NCBI GenBank assembly: GCA_051362555.1 | Contig: CM120643.1 | Coordinates: 28,648,848-28,712,847, forward strand | Direction of reading: 5' to 3' | Source of the DNA: Lingula anatina | Taxonomy: Eukaryota > Animalia > Brachiopoda | Length of the DNA stretch: 64,000 nt | Shown here: piece by piece, positions 54,001-61,554 of the stretch | Layout: every line of letters begins with the position of its first letter | Position numbering within the stretch: the first letter of the stretch is position 1 | The notes under the pieces: model-generated | What the model was told of the DNA's origin: nothing | Seen by the model: only the letters and a program-made list of their open reading frames with translations | Database searches by the model: none | Program-made: the position numbers and the translations under genes

Positions 54001-57000
54001 CATGAGCCTAAGTTTCAACAAGGCAGCAAAGCTGACAAATGTACAGACAAAGAACAGAAAATAAAGATGCAAATAAGTGAAAAATTAAATTTTCACAAAA
54101 AACTGTTAAATTGCCAGAAAAATTTACCAAACAGACTGCGTTGCCTATTGAAGCTGTATTTTAGGCCCATGTTTCTTTCCTATAAGTTTGAGAACAGTAA
54201 GTGACATGATTTCCCTTAAATGGTCATCATAGGAGCAGTGCCCAAAATAGGGCAAATTTTGATACAACATTAAATAATGTTTAACAGCATAATGACAATC
54301 AAATGTTATTAATAAAATATTAGTAACATGGACATTCAGAAAATGTGACAAGCAAAAGTCTTCAAGATCATGGAACTTTAAAGTCACACCTTGAAAATGC
54401 CAATATGTGAAAAATTAAATTTTCACAAAAAACTGTTGAACTGCCAAAAAAAAAAAAAAAAAAAAAAATCCAAACAGACTGCATTGCCTACTGAAGCTGT
54501 ATTTTAGTCCCATGTTTCTTTCCTGTAAGTCTGAGAACAGTAAGTGACATGATTTTCCTTAAATGGTCATCATGGAAGCAGTGCCCAAAATAGGGGTTTC
54601 TTCAAATTTTGATGCAATATTACATAATGTTTAACAGCTTAATGACCATCAATTTTTAATTATAAAATATTTGTATCACAGATATTCAGAAAATGTGACT
54701 AGCAAAGGTCTTCAGGCCCATGGAACTTCAAAGTCACGCCTTGAAAATGCCAAAATGTAAACAAGACAGCACTGTTCTGAAATGGGTTTATTTCCATTTT
54801 TAACACTTTTTTAACATAAAACAAAATAAACATTTTACTGCCATTTTTATATGACCAACTAAAAAAATTGATGAGATGGGAAAAGTATCAATAGAACAGT
54901 GTTAAATGTCCAATTTCCTCCATTCTGAGATTCTGAACATAGTGGATGATTGAATCTGACAAACTGCAATGATATGAGTTTATTTCCATTTTTGACACTT
55001 TATTACACAATACATGATAACAAGTTTTTTACATAATCAACTAACAATGTTGTAAAGATGCAGGAAATATCAAACAAACACTTTTAGGCATCTTATTAGT
55101 TAAATAATGAGATTGTTAACATGCTTAAGAATTGAATCTGAGGAAATGTGAAAAAAACAGTATAACTTCTAAAATAATGGCCCGATTATGCTGATTTTCG
55201 AATTCAACCTGCGTTTTAGTAAGATTGACCACTCCTGTGAGTATAATTACAATTGGCCAATCCGTTTTTCTTATATTGTGTTATCAGTGTTGCATTTATA
55301 TTGAAAATAGTGAAAAAACAGCATAAATTCCCTCAAAATAGCCCAATCATGCTGATTTTCGAACTTGACCTGCGTATTATGAATATTCATCAGTTCTGTA
55401 AGTTTCAAGTCAAAAGGTAAAATGGTTTTCCACTTATCGTGTTATCGGTGCTGCATATATGCTGAAAAAAGTGAAAAAACAGCATAAATTCCCTAAAAGT
55501 GACCCAATCATGCTGATTTTCGAACTTGACCTGCGTATTATGAACATTCATCAGTTCTGTAAGTTTCAAGTCAAAAGGTAAAATGGTTTTCCACTTATCG
55601 TGTTATCGGTAAAAGTGCACGGCGACGGCGACGACGGCGACGACAGACGCAGATGATGGCTATATGTACAGACACATCTGTGTCTGTACATAAAAATAGC
55701 CTCTGAACATTTATCATGGACCCAACACCTAACCTTGATGAATCTTCTGGGACCATCAGAATTGAATTAAAAAATGCGGAATTCTGCTTTTTCGCGGAAA
55801 AATCTCGTCTGCTTTAACCTAAGCTGGGTGAAATATGGGTGTATTAGTGCTAGTAAAGATGCAAACTTTTTGAGAAAAAGACCCCCCCCCCCCCCCCCCC
55901 CCGGCTTACAAATTGCAGGTTTCAGGCAAGTTAACACTACTGCCCTGAATCACGACACTTTCATACCTTCTTCCTGCGAAGGGACCACATAAATGGATCC
56001 TTCCGTCGAAACGACATTTTTCTGTCCCAGACTCCCTGTTCAAGTCACTCTTATTGATAAATCACTCCCTCAATAGGGGCAAATCAATATGACACTTTGA
56101 AGCCTGGTGAGTAATAATAACAATATAACCTAAACTTCCGCAGTGTCACACACACATTGTCCTCTGTCCATCATCCCATGACTGGGGTCAAATGACACTC
56201 TTATCTCTCAGGGAAATACACTGTGGATACATATAGTAATACATACATGATATAGAAGTTGTTAATGCTCAGTGCTGACCTGTGGGTCAAGTGATGTATT
56301 TAACTGGGGTATTTACTGAGATGAACATGCCTGACAAGTCTTCTGTGCCATTTATTGCTTAATATAATGTGGAGTTTTATCGCAGATGGATGCACTAATG
56401 AGGCTGTGATTTAGTAACTTATATCAGTACTGTACTGTATACAAGTAAGTCTACTCATTATATATATTAAATGTATCTTCATATTGCAGTATAAACATCC
56501 AATTACACAATAGTAATATCTGATATACTAGTACACTGTAATTGTCCAGCACTGACCTGTGGTCAAGCCCTTAGTCAGGGTGTTTATTTAGATGGACATG
56601 CCTGGCAAGTTGTCTATATACATCATCATTTCAGTAATGTCTGAGTCACATGCTATCTCACACCTCAGGTTCTGTTCACATTGATTTAAGTCCCACTGCT
56701 TTGATGATACGTATAATTTTTGAAAAGATTATTTGTTTTCATGCCAAAATACTAAAATCTGTAAACTTAATATCAACTATAATGAAAATGTAACAATGAC
56801 ATCACATTTATAATAAAAAATTCTCTTGGTCACTACATTAGTGGACAGATCTTTAGATATATCTGAATCCAAGATATACAAAGTTATTCATATTACATAG
56901 TGGTAAAAAATGCTCATCACTTTTCTGTACTCAATGACATCTTGACTATCATTTATTTTGATATCTTGAGGTAAGTACTCTCATGAGAGATGATTTATGG

Positions 57001-59254
57001 CCCAATCTCATCCATACAGGTTTTTATGTAATAGTGGGAACACTTCATTTCCCTATTACGGATAATATATATGGGTTATCATATTTATATCTAGAACAGA
57101 CTTGGACAGTGAACATCACAGATGTATATTTAGAGAGAGAAACAAAAGGCACAGCCATTCAGTGACTGGTGTCTGCTGAGCTGCAGGTATGTATCACTAG
57201 TATATGAAACAATATTAAACATTATCAATAGAAATTAACAGTAAGAGTAACTTTTGAAAACATCTTACAAAGTCTGACAATTAAGAAGATAAGTATTAGT
57301 ACAAGTAGTGATTTGAAAAAAGTTCGTGTTAACAATACCATAGGTTACTAGTAATTGGTGAAATAGCTGATTAAGAAAAGGATGGTAATTCTAACAATTA
57401 TTTAATAAATTATCGGATTATTATTGTTTTGTTTCTGAAAATAAGGCTCCTGACTACAATAAGTATAATGCTTCGTGAACATGAAGCAAAAATGAACATA
57501 GGTTGATTAGTCCTCAGTATTTCCTAACACACTGACTCATAAACACTTGACTCTCTCAGTGTGTTAGAGAAGACGCTGTTTTATATATATATCCTCAACT
57601 AGCACAATACTGAACTCACTGGAACAACATCAATTTATTTGCTGTACATATTTCAGTTTGACTGGACATAAAGTTTCTAGGAAGACATTTCCAGCAAAAG
57701 TTAACCCCCCACATTTTTTAGTCTGGCATAACATCAAATCTATCCTGAAATTGTGCTTCGAGACATATAATCACAGAGTGAGCCAAGAAATGCTTTTTTC
57801 TTACCTTCCCACCCTCCACGTTCACCGTAAAATGTCTGCCCTCCATTTTGGTTTTACATTCTGAGCTCAGCCTTTTCCCAAGGCCCACTTTTTCCGAAAA
57901 AAAAAAAAAAAGCCAAACTCCCCCACACAGCCCCATTGGAAATACCTGGCTACAGGCCTGTGAAAAGATTACCAAAATAACATATTTTTAACATTATACT
58001 CACATCATCAAGTTTAATTGTTGCCAATGTGTTCACATAGTCCTTGAACTTATCTCTGTTCACCCCTGTAAAAAATAATAAAACATTTATTTTAAAATAA
58101 ACTTCAATTAATGATTTTAACAGTGCATATTAAAATAAATTGATGGATGAATGGAGAGACAAATATATAAAAAATAAATAATGAATGTATAAATGTTTTT
58201 TTTTTTAATGTACTTCTAGATTTTTCAACAGGAAAATTTAAGAGTACAGTGCATGTACTATACAAGTAAAAAGTCAGCCATAATTGGGAAAACATTACAG
58301 CTTGAGGTTGTTATCTGATGAGACCACATTCATTTCCAGTTTGAACAGAAGAAGCTATAGATCAGATTATACAGTGGTTATAAGGTCAATAGTCAATACT
58401 TCCTTGTGTGTTATGCAATTCCGGTCTTTCCCAGCAGCAGCATACCATTTTGCCAGACCACATTTCCTCTTGCTACATCTGTTTTTAACAATTAACAAAG
58501 TATAAACTGTACCTCTGTAGCATTTTTTGGGGAAATTACAGGTCAAACTTGTCCAGGGATCAAAGCTGGACCACTTGCTTACCATGATAGTGCTCTACCA
58601 CTGACTTACCTAACCAAGGTAAACCCCAAACCAGACACTACGCCTTCTTGCATGCCTAAACTTCCTTTCAGTGAAAGTTTCACTACTAGTACTACTAGTA
58701 GCCCCATTTATACTGTCTGACACAGTGTCTACCTCGGAATGAAACACAGATAGATTTGTAATGACTCAAAAGTCATCAATTTTCTTTACTTATCTTAAAA
58801 CTAGAAGACTTAACTGGTAATGAAAATGACATCCAACAGCAGCTAGCCTCTCCCTCCCTCCCCCACCCCCCAACCACACACAAACAAACACACAATTTCC
58901 ACTTTCAGAATTTCAAACGTAATTGAGAAAATGAAGCAGTTCTGTAGTCCTGCTGAGTGTCTGAGTTCGTAGAGCTTAATTCTCTCGATCGGCCATTCAT
59001 TCCATAGTTTAAGGTACAAAATTAATTATCAATTTTGAATTAGTCAAGTTTCACGTAAGCCGTCGCCTTTTGCCTTGGGGATACGTGTGATAATGACACC
59101 CTGCCTTGTTTCGAAAAAGTTTACCCTCACCTTTCTCGACAGGATCGTTCAGATAATGCTTAAACTGAGCTACGAGTTGGTGGTTTTTGACTTTCCCATT
59201 TTTCTGGAGCATGAAATCTCTGACACTTTGTAAACAAAATCCGCCTGGTTCCAT
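16533..59254 (-). CDS. SOWAH: Sosondowah ankyrin-repeat domain protein, 18 coding exons, about 759 aa
   Basis: Exons 59131-59254, 58004-58065, 45611-46642, 31216-31353, 29649-29690, 28433-28534, 27744-27755, 27367-27369, 26951-26953, 26552-26641, 26105-26107, 25760-25762, 25445-25517, 24101-24181, 21038-21097, 19984-20219, 19270-19409, 16533-16608 are all GT-AG and phase-compatible (2280 nt). Family-typical N-terminus VRDFMLQKNGKVKNHQLVAQFK...FKDYVNTLA. Ankyrin region EREWMM...DFTNGMTALHWAAKHG...NQRSHGGYTPLHLAALHGH...GADPNIRDYSGKKPKQYL. Further exons in the large introns cannot be excluded. Confidence 0.88.
19270..19409 (-). CDS. SOWAH: SOWAH exon (IGREVTPPAITVTKDSSDSEMMPPPKAPVRRKKQ...)
   Basis: ccttccag acceptor, gtaagt donor, open frame. 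Confidence 0.8.
19984..20219 (-). CDS. SOWAH: SOWAH exon (VFARTGSFSARVKKTT...QERSGS)
   Basis: atttcag acceptor, gtatgt donor; corresponds to ORF 19966..20217. Confidence 0.85.
20885..21030. repeat. 44-bp tandem repeat, about 3.3 copies
   Basis: TTGTGTAGCCCCCATAGCAAAATATCTCACTCTCTGTGTTACAC at 20885, 20929, 20973 and a partial copy at about 21018. Confidence 0.9.
21038..21097 (-). CDS. SOWAH: SOWAH exon (LLQTRRPSSILTSSNTVNT)
   Basis: tatttcag acceptor, gtaag donor, phase 1-1. Confidence 0.8.
24101..24181 (-). CDS. SOWAH: SOWAH exon, end of ankyrin domain (ADPNIRDYSGKKPKQYLKNSASSKTQ)
   Basis: cccatcag acceptor, gtaag donor; RDYSGKKP motif. Confidence 0.9.
24591..25468. repeat. 35-bp minisatellite, about 25 copies, derived from an exon end plus splice donor
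   Basis: Unit ACTGTACTAACAGTTCCAGTTCTACCTACCATGAC with a few 29-bp variants. The terminal unit overlaps exon 25445-25517. Confidence 0.95.
25445..25517 (-). CDS. SOWAH: SOWAH ankyrin exon (GYTPLHLAALHGHEAIVELLVQCY)
   Basis: Canonical ankyrin TPLH motif; ctttcag acceptor, gtaggt donor. Confidence 0.92.
25760..25762 (-). CDS. SOWAH: 3-nt microexon GGG (Gly)
   Basis: cacaatag|GGG|gtaagtag with an upstream pyrimidine tract; completes RSHG-GYTPLH. Confidence 0.72.
26105..26107 (-). CDS. SOWAH: 3-nt microexon CAC (His)
   Basis: aacatgcag|CAC|gtaagtag with an upstream T-rich tract. Confidence 0.72.
26552..26641 (-). CDS. SOWAH: SOWAH ankyrin exon (TALHWAAKHGSSDTVKMIAGTPGVNVNQRS)
   Basis: ttgttccag acceptor, gtaagt donor, phase 0-0. 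Confidence 0.92.
26951..26953 (-). CDS. SOWAH: 3-nt microexon ATG (Met)
   Basis: gaaattag|ATG|gtaaga, preceded by a branch-like TCTAAT and a long AG-free pyrimidine tract; gives G-M-TALH. Confidence 0.62.
27367..27369 (-). CDS. SOWAH: 3-nt microexon GGG (Gly)
   Basis: cataatag|GGG|gtaagt; supplies the conserved Gly of the ankyrin G-x-T-x-L-H motif. Confidence 0.72.
27744..27755 (-). CDS. SOWAH: 12-nt microexon (DFTN)
   Basis: gttttgcag|GATTTCACAAAC|gtaagt; supplies the DF motif before the first full ankyrin repeat. Confidence 0.82.
28329..28425. repeat. Compound (GT)n(GA)n microsatellite
   Basis: Directly visible; lies just inside the intron after exon 28433-28534. Confidence 0.95.
28433..28534 (-). 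CDS. SOWAH: SOWAH exon (LTDVEREWMMLSSKCDYHPMAKILLTNPQLAKKP)
   Basis: cattccag acceptor, gtgagt donor, phase 0-0. Confidence 0.9.
29649..29690 (-). CDS. SOWAH: SOWAH 42-nt exon (AAHDDDDSSTASVT)
   Basis: gattgcag acceptor, gtaagt donor, phase 0-0. Confidence 0.8.
31216..31353 (-). CDS. SOWAH: SOWAH exon (GPNKAGEV...MSVKERAKHLNKIQSETEL...KPK)
   Basis: cttcccag acceptor, gtaggt donor, phase 0-0. Confidence 0.85.
33841..38303. mobile_element. 4.46-kb non-autonomous Tc1/mariner-superfamily (pogo-like) element with nested insertions
   Basis: TA|CGGTAAAGTGCCATGAATTTCGAAC ... GTTCGAAATTCATGGCACATTACCG|TA, with subterminal CATGAATTTCGGCCAG repeats near both ends. Confidence 0.85.
34102..35361. mobile_element. 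Harbinger-like non-autonomous element nested in the pogo-like element
   Basis: TIR GGCCCGGTTGCACCAAC / GTTGGTGCAACCGGGCC flanked by CAG and CTG. Further inverted subterminal matches (TACGCCCGAGTAACGC / GCGTTACTCGGGCGTA); AT-rich core with (TA)n. Confidence 0.8.
43940..44107. mobile_element. 168-bp MITE, hAT-like ends (copy 1)
   Basis: CAGGGGCGGATC ... AATTCGCCCCTG; related copy at 47357. Confidence 0.7.
45611..46642 (-). CDS. SOWAH: SOWAH large exon 3 (344 codons), Pro/Gly/Tyr/Arg-rich low-complexity region
   Basis: gtgtttcag acceptor, gtaagt donor; ORF 45602..46651. It begins NGEKVLVLKKKYRE, continuing the conserved N-terminal domain. Confidence 0.92.
47357..47521. mobile_element. Degenerate second copy of the 168-bp MITE
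   Basis: Aligns by eye to 43940-44107 (GAGATATTTTCTGACAGT..., GAAGACCCAGAAGA...). Confidence 0.65.
47755..47987 (+). mobile_element. Short Helentron-associated (HINE/DINE-like) element
   Basis: ACCTCTGCCAAGG near one end, internal (TTGATTA)-type repeats, GACAGACAAACA, and a terminal imperfect palindrome AACCTCCTAGGCAGAG...GAGGT in an A-rich context. Confidence 0.5.
48990..50160. repeat. About 336-bp tandem satellite, about 3.5 copies; 2 more copies at about 54072-54758
   Basis: AAAATTAAATTTTCACAAAAAACTGTT recurs at about 49152, 49488, 49825, 54081, 54411. Decayed relatives occur at 47260-48700. Confidence 0.85.
50161..53377 (+). mobile_element. Helentron-like non-autonomous element with about 161-bp internal tandem units (copy 1), interrupted by a TIR element
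   Basis: Starts AAACAAGACAGC; three units with GATCATGCTGATTTTCGAACTTGACCTGCG; (GACGGC)-type microsatellite; terminal hairpin TATGTACAGACAC-ATCT-GTGTCTGTACATA followed by an A-run. Confidence 0.7.
51068..53343. mobile_element. 2.28-kb non-autonomous pogo-like TIR element with internal about 300-bp tandem units
   Basis: TA|CGGTAAAGTCTTGAAAATTTCGTCG ... CGACGAAATTTTCAAGACTTTACCG|TA is a perfect 25-bp TIR. The empty site is visible at 55661. Four units rich in GGAGATCGTTCGCG lie at about 51620-52840. Confidence 0.92.
54759..55695 (+). mobile_element. Helentron-like non-autonomous element (copy 2, uninterrupted)
   Basis: Closely similar to 50161-51067 plus 53346-53377; hairpin at 55663-55692. 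Confidence 0.7.
58004..58065 (-). CDS. SOWAH: SOWAH exon 2 (VNRDKFKDYVNTLATIKLDD)
   Basis: ttttacag acceptor, gtgagt donor, phase 1-0. Confidence 0.9.
59131..59254 (-). CDS. SOWAH: SOWAH first coding exon (MEPGGFCLQSVRDFMLQKNGKVKNHQLVAQFKHYLNDPVEK)
   Basis: ATG at 59254, donor gtgagg, phase 1; family-typical N-terminal domain. Confidence 0.9.
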
Positions 59255-59617
59255 TTCAGCGGATTGCCTTATTTACCGTTAAATTATTAGTTTCGCATTA
59301 TAATTCAACCCTTGTTTTGTTTTGAGAACATTTTCATTGTAAAATTGTATGCACATGAAACTACTGTTGTCAAACATATATAGCTGTTTCAAGTTCATTT
59401 TTATATGTGCCGTTTACGTCAAGTGATATTTATCTAAACTAAAGTTAGAATAAAGACTAACTCTGTCAGTTGCGAAGGTGGAGAGATACAGTCGTTACAC
59501 CACATGCGTCTAAGTTTCAGTCATTTAACAGCAATCATGTGAGTGAACACTCTAATTCTGAAAGTGATTTCGGGCAATTGAACTTGTTTTGTATTCTTTG
59601 GACGTGTCAGAAGACCT
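59255..59617. promoter_or_regulatory. Probable bidirectional promoter between SOWAH and PDP
   Basis: Only 363 bp separate the divergent start codons. CRE-like TTACGTCA at 59414-59421; Inr-like TCAGTT at 59466. Confidence 0.6.
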
Positions 59618-61117
59618 ATGGCAGTTTTCATGAGGAGATTGCCACTTGGTCGATGGCTCTCACGTTGGACGAAGGACGAATTCTCCTCGGTTGCGATTTG
59701 TAGGTCAGGTAAACCTCCACAGCGTGAAAATAACCTGCGCAGGTATCGTTACTCGGGGATAGACTTCCCTAAGTTCAACAAACAGCGAGTGACGTCTATG
59801 TTAAGAGCCAGAGAACAGACTGTCCCTATTGAGAAAGGTTCCATTCTGTACTACGAGTCAAATTTCCTCCCCTCTAATGACCCCATAGAAGATCGGCATT
59901 CCGTGGCGCGCTGTCTCCAAACCGACGCCATGCTGTTTGGCGTTTTTGACGGCCACGCAGGAGACTCATGCGCCCAGATAATCAGCGAGAGGCTGTTCGA
60001 TTACATAGCAGTGTCTCTCATGCCTCCTGAAGTTTTGGATCAATTCTGCAAATCTTTTCTGAGCAGAGGGATAACGCTTGACCTGCTGCAGTGGTACTAC
60101 CACAAGAAAACTTCGCATTATGATGCATTGCTGGGTGTGCATAAAAACAACCTTCATCGTTTCGCAGTAGAAACTCTGTCCACCCTCGAGGATGAATTCT
60201 CCTTGGCGTCTGCCTTGGAAGGTGCATTTGTACGCTTAGATAATGATATATCTAGCATGGCAATGCCGAGTAACAATAATGGACTGATCAACTCACAGCT
60301 GTTAAATATAGCCCTAGCAGGCTCATGTGCTATAGTTGCCCATGTGAATGGACCACATTTGCACGTTGCCAATAGTGGGGACTGTAAGGCTATACTGGGA
60401 CGCATGAGTTCAGGCGGGAACATTAAATTTATTCCACTTTCAAATGATCACAGTGCAAATAACCCAAAGGAAGTGGAACGAATCAGGCGCGAACACCCCC
60501 CTAATGAGAATGTCATAAGGAACCAGAGGCTCATGGGAAATTTGGCTCCTCTGAGAGCTTTTGGCGATGTTTGTTATAAATGGCCAAGTAAAGAGTTGGC
60601 ATATGTGACAAAGCATGCCGGGAAGCTCAATAATCCGTATGCAGTGATGCTTTCAAACTACTATACACCGCCTTACTTGACAGCTAAACCAGAAGTGATA
60701 TCATACCGTCTGACTCCAGCAGATCGTTTTATGATCCTAGCGACAGATGGATTATGGGATATGTTGACCCCAGAAAAGGTCACACATCTTATTAGCGAAC
60801 ACATGATGGGGAAACAGACATGGACAAAATACGAAGCCGCAGGGACTTTGACTCTAGGAAAGATCAATTCAGATCTCCGCAAGAGAAGAGTTGGTCTGGA
60901 GTATAAACCTGAGGATATTAATGTCGCAACACATCTGCTGCGTCACGCTCTGGGAGGAAACAATGGCGAGAATGTCACCCATTCCAAGTTGTCTGCGTTT
61001 CTTTCTCTGCCGCCAGAATTGAGCAGGTCGTTCAGGGATGATATCACAATGATAATTGTGTTCTTTGATGATAACTATCTTAGGGATTATTCATCTGTCA
61101 GTGAGCCTTTCTATTGA
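59618..61117 (+). CDS. PDP1: Mitochondrial pyruvate dehydrogenase phosphatase catalytic subunit (PP2C/PPM family, PDP1/PDP2-like), intronless CDS, 499 aa
   Basis: Motifs LPSNDPIEDR, LFGVFDGHAG, LHVANSGDCKAILG, LAPLRAFGD, NYYTPPYLTAKPEV, FMILATDGLWD, NVATHLLRHALG, RDDIT. The Arg-rich N-terminus is consistent with a transit peptide. Confidence 0.96.
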   Translation: MAVFMRRLPLGRWLSRWTKDEFSSVAICRSGKPPQRENNLRRYRYSGIDFPKFNKQRVTSMLRAREQTVPIEKGSILYYESNFLPSNDPIEDRHSVARCLQTDAMLFGVFDGHAGDSCAQIISERLFDYIAVSLMPPEVLDQFCKSFLSRGITLDLLQWYYHKKTSHYDALLGVHKNNLHRFAVETLSTLEDEFSLASALEGAFVRLDNDISSMAMPSNNNGLINSQLLNIALAGSCAIVAHVNGPHLHVANSGDCKAILGRMSSGGNIKFIPLSNDHSANNPKEVERIRREHPPNENVIRNQRLMGNLAPLRAFGDVCYKWPSKELAYVTKHAGKLNNPYAVMLSNYYTPPYLTAKPEVISYRLTPADRFMILATDGLWDMLTPEKVTHLISEHMMGKQTWTKYEAAGTLTLGKINSDLRKRRVGLEYKPEDINVATHLLRHALGGNNGENVTHSKLSAFLSLPPELSRSFRDDITMIIVFFDDNYLRDYSSVSEPFY

Positions 61118-61178
61118 AGTGATGTGAATGTAGGTTATGATACAGATTTATTAAGCTAATGTATACTTGCACACACAA

Positions 61179-61184
61179 AATAAA
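61179..61184 (+). terminator. Candidate polyadenylation signal of PDP
   Basis: AATAAA 62 bp after the stop, followed by GT-rich sequence. Confidence 0.4.
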
Positions 61185-61326
61185 ATTTAAATTGTGAAGT
61201 GTTTGGACTAGTGTAAATGTTGGATATATTTTCTTTTTTTATCAGAGTGAAAATGCTCAGAAAATTGTTAGCTCTGATGAGCAACTGCCAGTTAAAGTTT
61301 TTTAATTAGGAATTCCTTAGTATAGG

Positions 61327-61367
<41 letters not shown>

Positions 61368-61486
61368 AGCAGTCTGTGACTTTATCTCTACCCTAGATGC
61401 CAGTAAAACCAGACATGAGCTTTTTCTGTGGAAATTCAATTCTAAGGCAGCTCCTGAACCTCCAACCAGTTAGGTGTTGGGTCCCA

Positions 61487-61488
<2 letters not shown>

Positions 61489-61554
<66 letters not shown>
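61489..61554. repeat. (AT)n plus poly-T run
   Basis: Directly visible; similar (AT)n runs at about 35010 and 48032. Confidence 0.9.

Noticed and set aside
56220-56620. Short degenerate local duplications (also about 18960/19110 and 32000/32555)
   Set aside because: Ordinary decayed intronic duplications with no termini or coding signal.
59470-60882. Short ORFs overlapping or antisense to PDP
   Set aside because: Shadow frames of a conserved coding sequence.
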